Below, in pieces: positions 1 to 9,480 of a stretch of DNA of 64,000 nucleotides (the stretch's first letter is position 1; each line of letters begins with the position of its first letter). Both the position numbers and the translations under genes were made by a program. The notes under the pieces are model-generated. The model was not told the DNA's origin, did not search any database, and was given only the letters and a program-made list of their open reading frames with translations. Source of the DNA: an uncultured Poribacteria bacterium (GTDB taxonomy: Bacteria > Poribacteria > WGA-4E > WGA-3G); the NCBI GenBank assembly GCA_958296135.2, contig CATQHZ020000001.1, positions 1,120,001-1,184,000 on the forward strand, given 5' to 3'.

Positions 1-921
1 CTTCGTGCAGGACAGGGATGGATAATTTCCCTTACGCTAGATACGAGTGCTGGCAAAATGTATTGGCGCGAAAAAGGTAAGATTCGTTGTGCGAACCTCG
101 ATGGAACAAACCCGCAAGATTTGCTCACGGGACTGGTATCTGACTTAGTGCTAGATACTACCGGCGGCAAAATCTACTGGACCGAATTTGACGTGAGCAC
201 CGACGCAGATAAAATTCGTTGTGCGAACCTCGATGGTTCAAACCCCCAGGACTTGCTCACAGGATTGGCATCCGTATCTAGTCTGATGTTGGACACTATC
301 GGCGGCAAAATGTATTGGCGCGAAAACGGCTGGAACTTGCGCGCAGATAAATTTCGGTGCGCAAATCTGGATGGAACGGCCCCGCAAGAGCTCGTCACGG
401 GATTTGATGTCGGTTCCTTCAGACTAGATACTATCGGCGGCAAAATCTATTGGATCAAACATGACTCAAGCACCGGAGAAAACAATTTTCGGCGTGCGAA
501 CTTGGATGGCACAAATGTCCAAGCCCTCGTCACGGGCTTGGATGAAATTTGGTCTGTCACACTTGATGCTGCCGGCGGCAAAATCTACTGGCGCGAGTAT
601 GACTCGGACACGCAAGAAGATAAAATTCGGCATGCGAATCTCGATGGCTCAAACCCGGAGACTCTCTTTACGAAGAAGGGATCTCCGGGCATTGTACCTA
701 TCGTCGTGTTTCGCACAGAAGGTGCCGAGAGCGTGGTTGCTGCGGATGTCAATGGCGATGGGGTTGTGAACATTCAGGATTTAACCTGGGTCGCCTCGCG
801 TTTTGGGAGAACGGGGCCGGATAGCGCGGATGTTAACGGCGATAATGTTGTTAATATTATGGATCTTGTCTTGGTGGCTGGGGCCCTAGATGCTGAAGCC
901 GGCGGGCCTAGCGAAGATTGA
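1..921 (+). CDS. YWTD/LDL-receptor class B repeat beta-propeller protein with C-terminal dockerin (5' partial)
   Basis: Repeated 'GGKIYW..KIRCANLDG(T/S)NPQ.L.TGL' units and two EF-hand-like dockerin repeats (DVNGDGVVNIQDL, DVNGDNVVNIMDL). The frame is open back to base 1. Confidence 0.85.
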   Translation, partial: LRAGQGWIISLTLDTSAGKMYWREKGKIRCANLDGTNPQDLLTGLVSDLVLDTTGGKIYWTEFDVSTDADKIRCANLDGSNPQDLLTGLASVSSLMLDTIGGKMYWRENGWNLRADKFRCANLDGTAPQELVTGFDVGSFRLDTIGGKIYWIKHDSSTGENNFRRANLDGTNVQALVTGLDEIWSVTLDAAGGKIYWREYDSDTQEDKIRHANLDGSNPETLFTKKGSPGIVPIVVFRTEGAESVVAADVNGDGVVNIQDLTWVASRFGRTGPDSADVNGDNVVNIMDLVLVAGALDAEAGGPSED

Positions 922-1295
922 GACCAGGAGGGCGCGGGGCATCGAGCCCCGAGGTCTCTCCTACAAGGGGACATTGAGACGTGGGAGGTTGCGCCGCCGG
1001 TAGGAGGGACATCCCTGTCCCGATAAGGAATCAGCGAGACGCGGGAGGTTGCGCCTACAGCATCGAGACCAGGAGGTCTCTCCTACAAGGGGACATCGAG
1101 AGGCGGGAGGTTGCGCCGCCGGTAGGAGGGACATCCCTGTCCCGATACGGAACCAGCGAGACTACCGGGGAGGAGTCGAGCCCCGAGGTCTCTCCTACAA
1201 GGGGATATCGAGACGTGGGAGGTTGCGCCGCCGGTAGGAGGCGGAACCAGCGAGACTACTGGGGGGCATCGAGACGCAGGCGGTCTCTCCTACCG
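917..1295. repeat. Intergenic cluster of GTAG-type REP-like palindromes
   Basis: Multiple copies of tcgagaccaggaggtctctcctac (rc GTAG-GA-GAGACC-loop-GGTCTC), gggaggttgcgccgccggtaggagggacatccctgtcccgat and ggaggttgcgcctac. Confidence 0.85.
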
Positions 1296-1326
1296 AACAA
1301 GGAAGTAGACGTTTTTTTTTCGATAG

Positions 1327-2856
1327 ATGGGGGTGTTATTCATGCTAAACTTGAGCGATGTGCTCAATCCTTCAGCGAATGTGCAGGTGCATGCACACTG
1401 GGATGCGATGGCAGACGGGACGTTCAAACTATACGAAGATTCCCCACAACACGTGGAGTTGTTCAGCCTGTCTCCTGTCTCCCCGGTCCAGGCGTATGAG
1501 GCATCGGCGTTCACAGCCTTTCTCCCACCCTCGGACGTGACGGTGGGAGACGTATGGGAGTTGGAATTGGACAAGGTTGTCCCGTTCCTTTACCAATTTC
1601 ACACTGGGGCGACTGGGAAGTTAGTGCACGGGCAGGAAGGCGCGTTCGCCTGCTTACGGGCCCTTTCATCGGGTTATGCAGATATCGCGTTCCGCATCCA
1701 TGCAGAATTTACGTTGGAGAGTCCGGCACATAGGGAGTGGGCAAAGGCCAACGCGAGCGATGGTTGGGAGCCCCAGGCGCGTTTTATTCCATCGCAGTTC
1801 GCGGGACGCGTGCGGATCAATCTCAAGACGGAGCGGGTTCGCGATTTTTCGCTCTACCTGCCACCCCGCAATAGCAATGTTGATATCAACGCCTTTCGGT
1901 GCGCTGATATGGTATTTGTGCCGCGCATGGAACTTGGTGCCTCTGATAGGGCAGACCGCGGTGAGATTGCGTGGGATAGTGCTATCTCCGAGGAAGCCGC
2001 GCGCAAGGCGTTGGAACTGAAGTTCTACCGATTTGCTCAAATTGCGTGGAAACCGATTGAGGAGGCTGTTGCGTTTGCAAAAGCGGCGAACCGGCCCCTT
2101 CACGCGGTTCTGGTTTGGGGGCCGCTTGACGACGAATCGTGCTGAGCGAATGGCAAGAATTTGAGGGCGGGTCCGCTCTCTTCGCCGGAAGTTATTGAGA
2201 CGCTCAACGCGCAGTTTGTCAATACGTGGGTGCTACTTCGTGAGTTGCCGGCCCTGATAGATGGCGCGAGAGGGGAAGGTGCCGGTCGCGTCGCCGCGAA
2301 ACTCCAAGAGCATTACACCGATTCTGTTGATATTTTGGCACTGACTCCGGAGGCAGAGGTGATTATGCATCAGCCGGAGATGGCACTTATTGGGCGCAAT
2401 AAGGCCCCCTCTTATCTGACACTGCTTCGGCGTTCTGTGGAAGCGTTTGAGGGGAAACCCTTGCACCGCCCGATTAGTTTGGGGGAAAGGCAGGAGGTAT
2501 CAGGCACTTTTCGCGCCCCTGGCGATGGCTATCAGGATTACACGCCGGTTGAGATTGATGCCACCGCGTTTGAAAACGGCGGTGTCCTCCACATTGAGGT
2601 GCAGGTAGGCGACGACGGGGCGGAAGGCACGTGTGCCCTGTTTGATGCCGACACCGAGCTGCCGACAGAAGGAACGCCGGATGACGCGTTGGCTGGCCGT
2701 CGGGCTATTCCGCCCGGTGAAAAGGGACATGTTTTTCACCGTTTCAAACAGGGGCAGTGCTTTCGGCTGGGCGTGACAGGCAGCTGGGAAAACGAGAAGG
2801 GTAGCACCAACACCTTTCGCGCGCGTATTGCTATCGTGCCAAACCCGGTAGATTGA
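1327..2856 (+). CDS. Selenoprotein N (SELENON)-like protein, about 509 aa, with in-frame UGA (2143-2145) predicted as selenocysteine
   Basis: ORFs 1327-2145 and 2161-2856 are in the same frame, separated only by TGA. Read-through gives HAVLVWGPLDDESC-U-ANGKNLRAGPLSSPEVIETLNAQFVNTW, resembling SELENON [43 protein letters not shown] (from memory). FRIHAEF and GAFACL motifs are also shared. Confidence 0.88.
2146..2185 (+). promoter_or_regulatory. Putative bacterial SECIS element
   Basis: Hairpin GAGGGCG-GGUC-CGCUCUC (2163-2180) with the loop 24 nt after UGA, plus a lower stem GCGAA (2146-2150)/UUCGC (2181-2185). Confidence 0.75.
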
Positions 2857-2874
2857 TTTGTGGGGCGAGGGGGA

Positions 2875-3282
2875 AACCTGTCGCGCGCGTTTCAAATCTC
2901 CGCGCGCACAAAGGCGAGATACGCTCCTGACATTAACACATCGAGAGGCGGGAGGTTGCGCCGCCGGTAGGAGGGACATCCCTGTCCCGATACGAAATCA
3001 GCGAGACGCGGGAGGTTGCGCCTACCGGGAGAAATCGAGCCCCGAGGTCTCTCCTACAAGGGGACATTGAGAGGCGGGAGGTTGCGCCGCCGGTAGGTGG
3101 GACATCCCTGTCCCGATACGGATACAGCGAGAACAGAGGTTGCGCCTACCGGGGGAAATCGAGACCAGAGGTCTCTCCTACCGGGGAAATCGAGCCCCGA
3201 GGTCTCTCCTACCGGGTGGAACCTGTCGCGCGCGTTTCAAATCTCCGCGCGCACAAAGGCGAGATACGCTCCTGACATTAAC
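2875..3282. repeat. REP cluster (2938-3219) flanked by a 63-bp exact direct repeat (2875-2937 and 3220-3282)
   Basis: aacctgtcgcgcgcgtttcaaatc...cctgacattaac occurs twice. The second copy contains the 3' end of the permease gene. Confidence 0.85.
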
Positions 3283-4646
3283 GCGATGAAAAGCAGCACG
3301 AGCAGTAGCAAATCCACTGCGGCGGTGTTGAAATCTCGGTTGAGGCTGCGTGTGTCTTTAAAGCGCGGCATTGCGGCGGGTTCAACCTTTCTCTGTGACA
3401 TGCCGGTGGGCACGCCGATGAGATGGAGACTCTCCGCATCGTGTCCATCGTTCTCGATGATGAATTCCCGGAATTGGCGGGCGTAAGGCTGAACGTTCTC
3501 CAAGAATTGGAGGTGTCTCTCGAACCCTGTGCCGGCGAACGTCTCCATGAGATGCTGGACGAGTGCTACAGGAGAGATTCGGATGATGGCACGTGCCTCC
3601 TTAACTTGTTGGATTTCCTGTGCTAAGCGTTCTCTGTTTAAGCGTTCATGTTGCTGTGCGTCTTTGGTGACGTACGCTCCCTGTTCTTGCAGGACAGCGT
3701 ATCGTTTCGTGTTTCGGATCCGGATGTATTCGCGATACTGCTCCTTAAGTGCCGTATCAAGTTGTCCCCGGCGTTCCTGAAATTCGGCGCGGGACATTGG
3801 TGATGAGAACCCCCGGACAATGGTGGCGAGGGTGCTCGGCATGAAAACGACGAAGGTTACCCAAGCCAAGAGGAGAATCACGAGACTCACGGCGCTGCGT
3901 TGCATCCGTGCAGAAACGAGCAGGCCTAACGCGAGGAAAAGGCAGACGTAGAGGATTGCGATGATGAAGATGATGCCTAGCCGGCCCCACTCTCCTGCAG
4001 TGAGTTGGACGCTGCGGGACGTGGAAATCACGAGCAGGTTCATCAAGGTGGCGAGTGTGAAAGGGATGAGGAGACTGATGAGCGCGCCGAGGAACTTGCC
4101 GAGTAGCACGGCGTGCCGTGGAATGGCATTTGCTAGCATTAAGCGCAGTGTGCCGCTTTCTCGCTCACCGGCGATGGCATCAAATGTGAACAGCAGCGCG
4201 GTAAGACTCAACACATAGCCGACGATGAACCCCCAATCCACTTTGGTAACCTCTGGGCGGATATTAGCCAAATTGGGTCTGACGGAGGGATAGTGCAGCC
4301 GCCAGAAAGATTTCAGCGCACCCCGCCGCCACGAGTGGGATTCTCCCCGAACAACGTCGGGTATAAATGCCTCGCCGCCTTCGGCACAGAAGTGGAGCGG
4401 TGACGGCGTTTTGTAAAAGTTGCCGGGGCCCTTTTGTGCAAGGGTATACAGGTTGTCTGCCCGCGCCGTTAAAGCATTTCGGGTGTTGGTGATAGCATCG
4501 TGATACTTCTGCATCCGTTTTGGATGTTCGCGGAGATGCGTCACGGCATTGGTGAGCATCAATGCGAGGAGCAGGAGGAGTGTCAAGCCAAAGCGGAGGC
4601 TATTGAGATTCTCGTAAATTTCGCGTGTTGCGATGTGCCAAATCAT
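3237..4646 (-). CDS. ABC-2 type transporter permease subunit (type A, copy 2)
   Basis: Multiple TM helices and the motif FDAIAGERESGTLRLMLANAIPR..LLGK. Paralog of 6256-7659. Confidence 0.88.
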   Translation of the reverse strand: MIWHIATREIYENLNSLRFGLTLLLLLALMLTNAVTHLREHPKRMQKYHDAITNTRNALTARADNLYTLAQKGPGNFYKTPSPLHFCAEGGEAFIPDVVRGESHSWRRGALKSFWRLHYPSVRPNLANIRPEVTKVDWGFIVGYVLSLTALLFTFDAIAGERESGTLRLMLANAIPRHAVLLGKFLGALISLLIPFTLATLMNLLVISTSRSVQLTAGEWGRLGIIFIIAILYVCLFLALGLLVSARMQRSAVSLVILLLAWVTFVVFMPSTLATIVRGFSSPMSRAEFQERRGQLDTALKEQYREYIRIRNTKRYAVLQEQGAYVTKDAQQHERLNRERLAQEIQQVKEARAIIRISPVALVQHLMETFAGTGFERHLQFLENVQPYARQFREFIIENDGHDAESLHLIGVPTGMSQRKVEPAAMPRFKDTRSLNRDFNTAAVDLLLLVLLFIALMSGAYLAFVRAEI

Positions 4647-4700
4647 TTGTGTGTCCTCTGTATTCCCGGTAGGAGCCGCTCCGAGCCGCTCCGTTTGTGA

Positions 4701-6215
4701 TTACACCTCACTCCTCACGAACACCAGAAATATCGCCATAAATAAGACAAAGTTGGTTAGCACTAGGAGGAAAAGATGCGGCACTGCGCGCTGTGCGTTT
4801 ACCGCAATCCCGCTTCGCTGGTAAGAGAACGGCGGCAGCGTGCTCCAATCTGCCTCCGCTTTATCTGACAGAAACCACTCTCGCGCCGCGTAAACCTCTG
4901 TATCGTAGAGATAATTGACGAGTGCCCGCCGCCACTGCCGGGCTGCGACAAAAAAGTCTTGGATGCTCCCCCAATCGGTGCCTGCCCATGCTTGTGTTGC
5001 TGCATCATACATGCCGATAGGTGAAAGGTTCAACCACATTCTGTCCACTGCCGCCTGCTGGCCGTAGATATCCTTGAGTGCGGCATCTCGGACGTGCCAT
5101 GTCTGCTCTGCAGTCTTTATCATCAGCGGCACCAGGAATCGGAAATAATTCTGTGCGTGCGGTACCAGCGTTTCGCCCCTCGGTCCAACTTCACTATACT
5201 GGATGCTTATCCAGTAGTAATACCTTAAGGTTCTCCGCGAAGAGTTAAAGTCTGCTCCCACACTTCCGTATCCGTGTATGCCTAAATCCGGTTCCTCTCC
5301 AGGAACCAGATCATTGTGGAGGAACTTGAGGCGTTCTCTATCAAATTCTGTCCACAGTTGCTCTATCTGCTCAAAAGCGGTATCTCTGCGCGCCCTCGGG
5401 TCTTCCGGCGGATCCGTGGCGACTAAGATGACGTTTGGATACACCAGCACTAAGAAGCCCCATGCGAACATAGAGACTATCAAGGCGGTGCTTGTGCGGC
5501 GTGTCGCCGCCGAGATGAGCATTCCGATGAGGTAGAACACCGAGAGATACGCGAGCGATGCTAGCACGATGCCGCCGATGCGGAGAAAATCGTCGGTGCT
5601 CAGCGCGACGGCGGTGGCGGTAGTTAGCAAAATCAGCGCGAGGAGCAGACTCATCACCAACGGCACCAGGAGGCAGAGCATTGCACTGATGTATTTGGCG
5701 AGCAGGATGTATCCGCGGCGGATAGAATTCGTCAGGACTAAGCGTAACGTGCCGCGTTCGTGTTCTCCCGCAATCGCATCGTAGGCGAAAATGAGTGCCA
5801 TCAGGCTGAGCACTACCTCGAAGATGAAGACGATGTCAATGGCGGTGAAGATATTGAAGAGCGGATTATCCGCCCCGTGTGTGAAAGCATCCCACAGTGT
5901 CGGCACCAAATCGTGCGCAGCCGATACCGAGTTGCCCAACCGTTTATCCAATCCGACGTTGAAAATACTTAACGGATTCGGCGGTCTGGCGAGTTTTATC
6001 TCTTCGGCCAACCCCGCCATATAATTCTTTTTCTCCCGCAATTTCTGTTGATGCGTTTTGACAGCGGTGTTGTAGTCGGCTAATCGCCGCTCGTAGTCTT
6101 CAATGAGCACGGCCGTATTGGCGACGATTAACAGCAACATGATAAAGAGTGCCGCTGCGAAGCGGAATGTCATCAGATTATCAAGCAGTTCTCGGCGGAT
6201 AAGTGTTGTTAGCAT
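4701..6215 (-). CDS. ABC-2 type transporter permease subunit (type B, copy 2)
   Basis: YDAIAGEHERGTLRLVLTN motif and TM helices. Paralog of 7720-9228. Confidence 0.88.
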   Translation of the reverse strand: MLTTLIRRELLDNLMTFRFAAALFIMLLLIVANTAVLIEDYERRLADYNTAVKTHQQKLREKKNYMAGLAEEIKLARPPNPLSIFNVGLDKRLGNSVSAAHDLVPTLWDAFTHGADNPLFNIFTAIDIVFIFEVVLSLMALIFAYDAIAGEHERGTLRLVLTNSIRRGYILLAKYISAMLCLLVPLVMSLLLALILLTTATAVALSTDDFLRIGGIVLASLAYLSVFYLIGMLISAATRRTSTALIVSMFAWGFLVLVYPNVILVATDPPEDPRARRDTAFEQIEQLWTEFDRERLKFLHNDLVPGEEPDLGIHGYGSVGADFNSSRRTLRYYYWISIQYSEVGPRGETLVPHAQNYFRFLVPLMIKTAEQTWHVRDAALKDIYGQQAAVDRMWLNLSPIGMYDAATQAWAGTDWGSIQDFFVAARQWRRALVNYLYDTEVYAAREWFLSDKAEADWSTLPPFSYQRSGIAVNAQRAVPHLFLLVLTNFVLFMAIFLVFVRSEV

Positions 6216-6255
6216 GAGGGTTGTCCGATGTTTTCAGTTTGTAGGCTAGGAGGGC

Positions 6256-7659
6256 TCAAATCTCCACGCGCACGAAGGCAAGATACGCCCCCAATAGCAG
6301 CACGATGAGAAACAGCACGAGCAGTAGCAAATCCATTGCGGCGGTGTTGAAATCTCTGCCCAGGTCGAGTGTATCCTTGAACTTTGGAATTGCTTCCATC
6401 GCGACTTTTTTCTGTGACATCCCTTCCCGCACGCCAACAACGTGGAGACTCTCCGCATCGTGCCGGTCTGTCTCAATGACAAATTTCTGGAATTGGCGGG
6501 CATAAGGCCGAACGTTCTGCAAGAATTGCCGGTGCCGCTCGAACCCTGTGCCAGCAAACGCTTCAAACAGGTGCTGCACCATCGCGACGGGTGAAATTCG
6601 GGTGATGCTGCGCGCTTCGCGAACTTGTTCGAGCTGCTGGGCTAAGTGTTCTTGGTTCAAGCGTTCCTGTAGTTGTGCTTCTTCGGTGACGTATTCTGCG
6701 AGTTCTCGTCTTCTTCTTTCGGGCTGCTCTGCGTCATAAGTGTCATATTTCTTCCGAAGTTCGGAGCCAATTTCCTTTCGTCGTTTCCGGTACTCATCGG
6801 AGGACATGGGCGATGAGAATCCGCTTGCGATGGAGGCGAGCGTGTTCGGCATGAATACCACCAGGCCTACCCACGTTAGCAAGAGAATCACGAGACTTAC
6901 CGCGCTGCGTTGCACGCGGGCGGAGACGAGCAAGCCTAACGCGAGGAAAAGGCAGACGTAGAGGATTGCGATGATGAAGATGATGCCTAGCCGGCCCCAC
7001 TCTCCTGCAGTGAGTTGGACACTGCGGGACATAGAAATCACCAGCAGGTTCATCAAGGTGGCGAGTGTGAAAGGGATGAGGAGACTGATGAGCGCGCCGA
7101 GGAACTTGCCGAGTAGCACGGTGTGCCGTGGAATGGCATTTGCTAGCATTAAGCGCAGTGTGCCGCTTTCCCGCTCACCGGCGATGGCATCAAACGTGAA
7201 CAGCAACGCAATCAGACTCAACACATAGCCGACGATGAATCCCCAATCCACTTTGGTAATGTCCGGCTCGATGTTGTCTACGTTCGGTGTGACAGTGGGA
7301 TATTTCAGCCGCCAAATGCTGCGTAGCCCACTAGCCCAGCCCCAATCGCCGCTCCCGCCGTGGACAACGTTCGGCAAAAAGGCTTCTCCGCCCTCTGCAC
7401 AGAAGTGGAGCGATGACGGCGTTTTGTAAAGCCTGCCGGGCCCTCTGCGGACAAGTTCATACAAGTTGTCAGCCCGGTCTCTCAAACTGTTCAGAGATTC
7501 GGCGACTGCGTCGTGATATTTCTGCATCCGTTTTGGATGTTCGCGCAGATGCACCACGGCGTTGGTGAGCATCAGTGCGAGGAGCAGGAGGGTTGTCAAA
7601 CCGAAGCGGAGGCTATTGAGATTCTCGTAAATTTCGCGTGTTGCGATGTGCCAAATCAT
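6256..7659 (-). CDS. ABC-2 type transporter permease subunit (type A, copy 1)
   Basis: Same motifs as 3237-4646, with the identical N-terminus MIWHIATREIYENL. Confidence 0.88.
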   Translation of the reverse strand: MIWHIATREIYENLNSLRFGLTTLLLLALMLTNAVVHLREHPKRMQKYHDAVAESLNSLRDRADNLYELVRRGPGRLYKTPSSLHFCAEGGEAFLPNVVHGGSGDWGWASGLRSIWRLKYPTVTPNVDNIEPDITKVDWGFIVGYVLSLIALLFTFDAIAGERESGTLRLMLANAIPRHTVLLGKFLGALISLLIPFTLATLMNLLVISMSRSVQLTAGEWGRLGIIFIIAILYVCLFLALGLLVSARVQRSAVSLVILLLTWVGLVVFMPNTLASIASGFSSPMSSDEYRKRRKEIGSELRKKYDTYDAEQPERRRRELAEYVTEEAQLQERLNQEHLAQQLEQVREARSITRISPVAMVQHLFEAFAGTGFERHRQFLQNVRPYARQFQKFVIETDRHDAESLHVVGVREGMSQKKVAMEAIPKFKDTLDLGRDFNTAAMDLLLLVLFLIVLLLGAYLAFVRVEI

Positions 7660-7719
7660 TTTTGTGTCACCCGATGTCGGGGTAGGCGCGGTTTGAAACC
7701 GCGCCTACCGGACGGCCCT

Positions 7720-9228
7720 TTAGACTTCGCTTCTCACAAAAATCAGAAATATCGCCATAAACAAGACGAGGCTAATCATGAGCAAGAGCATCATATCCGG
7801 CAATGCGCGCTTTGCATTTATCTCCACGCTTCTTCTCTCAAAAGAGAACTGCGGTAGTGTGCTCCAATCCGCCGCGCTTTTGTCTGCCAAAAACCATTCC
7901 CGTGCACCGAACGCGTCTTTATCCTCGTAGTAGGTTATCACCGTTTGCCGGTACTGCCGCGCGGCATCAAAAAAATCGCGGATACCGAGGAGATTTGTGC
8001 CGGCCCAGGCTTGTGTTGCGGCATCATATACCCCGAGGGGCGAGAGTTTCAACAGGGTTCTCTTAAGGTTCGCCTGCCGCACGAGGGTGTCCACCAGTGC
8101 CTCTTTCCGAATGAGCCAGGTCCGGTCTGCTGTTTGAATCGTCAGCGGGATGAGGAATCTGTGATAATTTTGGACGTGTGGCACGGCTGGTTGGTATTCT
8201 TCATCAATTTCATCAAAGGCCAGCGTCCTGTCATATATATTAAAAAGTGTTAACCGATTTTGGTAATAGGATTCCACAGCATACCCCCAATACCCTTTAA
8301 TGTTAAACTTCGAGTCTTCCCCCGGAAAAGCGTCCGCTGCGAGAAAGCGTTGCCGTTCCCTGTCAAACTCCTCCCAAATCTGTTTGATGTGATTCAAGGC
8401 GGAGGCGGCACGCTCTTGGGGGATGTCCGATGTCTCGAGCGTCGCGAGCATCATGTTCGGATAGACGAGCACCAGAAAACCCCACACGAACATTGCGAGC
8501 ATGAGTGCAGTGCTGGTGCGGTGCGTTATGGCGGAGATCAGGAGTCCGATGAGATAGAACACCGACAAGTATGCAATGGATGCGAGGAATATCCCCCCGA
8601 TGCGGAGAAAGTCGTCGGCGCGCAAGGAAATGGCGGCGGAGGTTGTCAACAAAATGAGCGCGAAGAGCAGACTCATTACCACTGGCACGAGGAGGCACGT
8701 CATCGCGCTGATATATTTGGCAAGCAGCAGGTGGCCACGGCTGACAGAGTTCGTCAGCACGAGGCGTAAGGTGCCGCGTTCACGTTCTCCGGCGAGCGCG
8801 TCGTAGGCGAACATCAGTGCTATTAAGCTGAGAACTACCTCAAAAATAAAACCCAGGTCTATCGCAGAGAAGAGGTTGAGGAGCGGATTGTCGGAACCGT
8901 TCATGCCTGCTTCCCACAGCGTTGGCACCGTGTTATACATCAGCCAGAGCTCGTTGCCCAACCGTTTGTCCAATCCGACGTTGAAGATACTCAACGGATT
9001 CGGTGGCCGGTTGAGCACTATTTCTCCGTCTGCATACATTTTTTTCTTTTGCAGTTCCTGCCGATTCGTTTTAACAGCGGTGTTGTAGTCCCCCAATCGC
9101 CGCTCGTAATCGTTGATGAGGACCGCCGTATTGGCGACGACTAAGAGCAACATGACAAGCAGTGCGGCGGCGAAGCGGAACGTCATGAGGTTGTCGAGCA
9201 GTTCTCGGCGGATGAGTGTGGTTAACAT
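7720..9228 (-). CDS. ABC-2 type transporter permease subunit (type B, copy 1)
   Basis: Start placed at MLTTLIRRELLDNL (9228) by match to the paralog. YDALAGERERGTLRL motif. Confidence 0.87.
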   Translation of the reverse strand: MLTTLIRRELLDNLMTFRFAAALLVMLLLVVANTAVLINDYERRLGDYNTAVKTNRQELQKKKMYADGEIVLNRPPNPLSIFNVGLDKRLGNELWLMYNTVPTLWEAGMNGSDNPLLNLFSAIDLGFIFEVVLSLIALMFAYDALAGERERGTLRLVLTNSVSRGHLLLAKYISAMTCLLVPVVMSLLFALILLTTSAAISLRADDFLRIGGIFLASIAYLSVFYLIGLLISAITHRTSTALMLAMFVWGFLVLVYPNMMLATLETSDIPQERAASALNHIKQIWEEFDRERQRFLAADAFPGEDSKFNIKGYWGYAVESYYQNRLTLFNIYDRTLAFDEIDEEYQPAVPHVQNYHRFLIPLTIQTADRTWLIRKEALVDTLVRQANLKRTLLKLSPLGVYDAATQAWAGTNLLGIRDFFDAARQYRQTVITYYEDKDAFGAREWFLADKSAADWSTLPQFSFERRSVEINAKRALPDMMLLLMISLVLFMAIFLIFVRSEV

Positions 9229-9300
9229 GCTACTTTCTCGGCACTTGATTTGCTCCACTTGTCCCGACTTCTCGGCGGATGAGTGTGGTTAACATGCTAC
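9202..9300. repeat. 32-bp exact direct repeat with 35-bp unique insert
   Basis: ttctcggcggatgagtgtggttaacatgctac at 9202-9233 and 9269-9300. Confidence 0.92.
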
Positions 9301-9480
9301 CGCTCCCTAGAACTTATGATAATCTGGACAAATCTATCCTAATCTGACCTGTCCTCTTATCTGTCGTAGTTGCTGTTTCAACGCGTCGTGCCTCCGAGAC
9401 ACACGAGGTGTGCCTACTATGAGGGCTTATAGTCGCTCCGCAGCCGTTTTACCTCTCCGTCAAGCTCGCGGCGAGGGTTC
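9300..9480 (-). ncRNA. Putative TnpB omega/reRNA scaffold
   Basis: Position inferred from TnpB biology: it overlaps the tnpB 3' end and runs to the right end. Boundaries are approximate. Confidence 0.55.
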
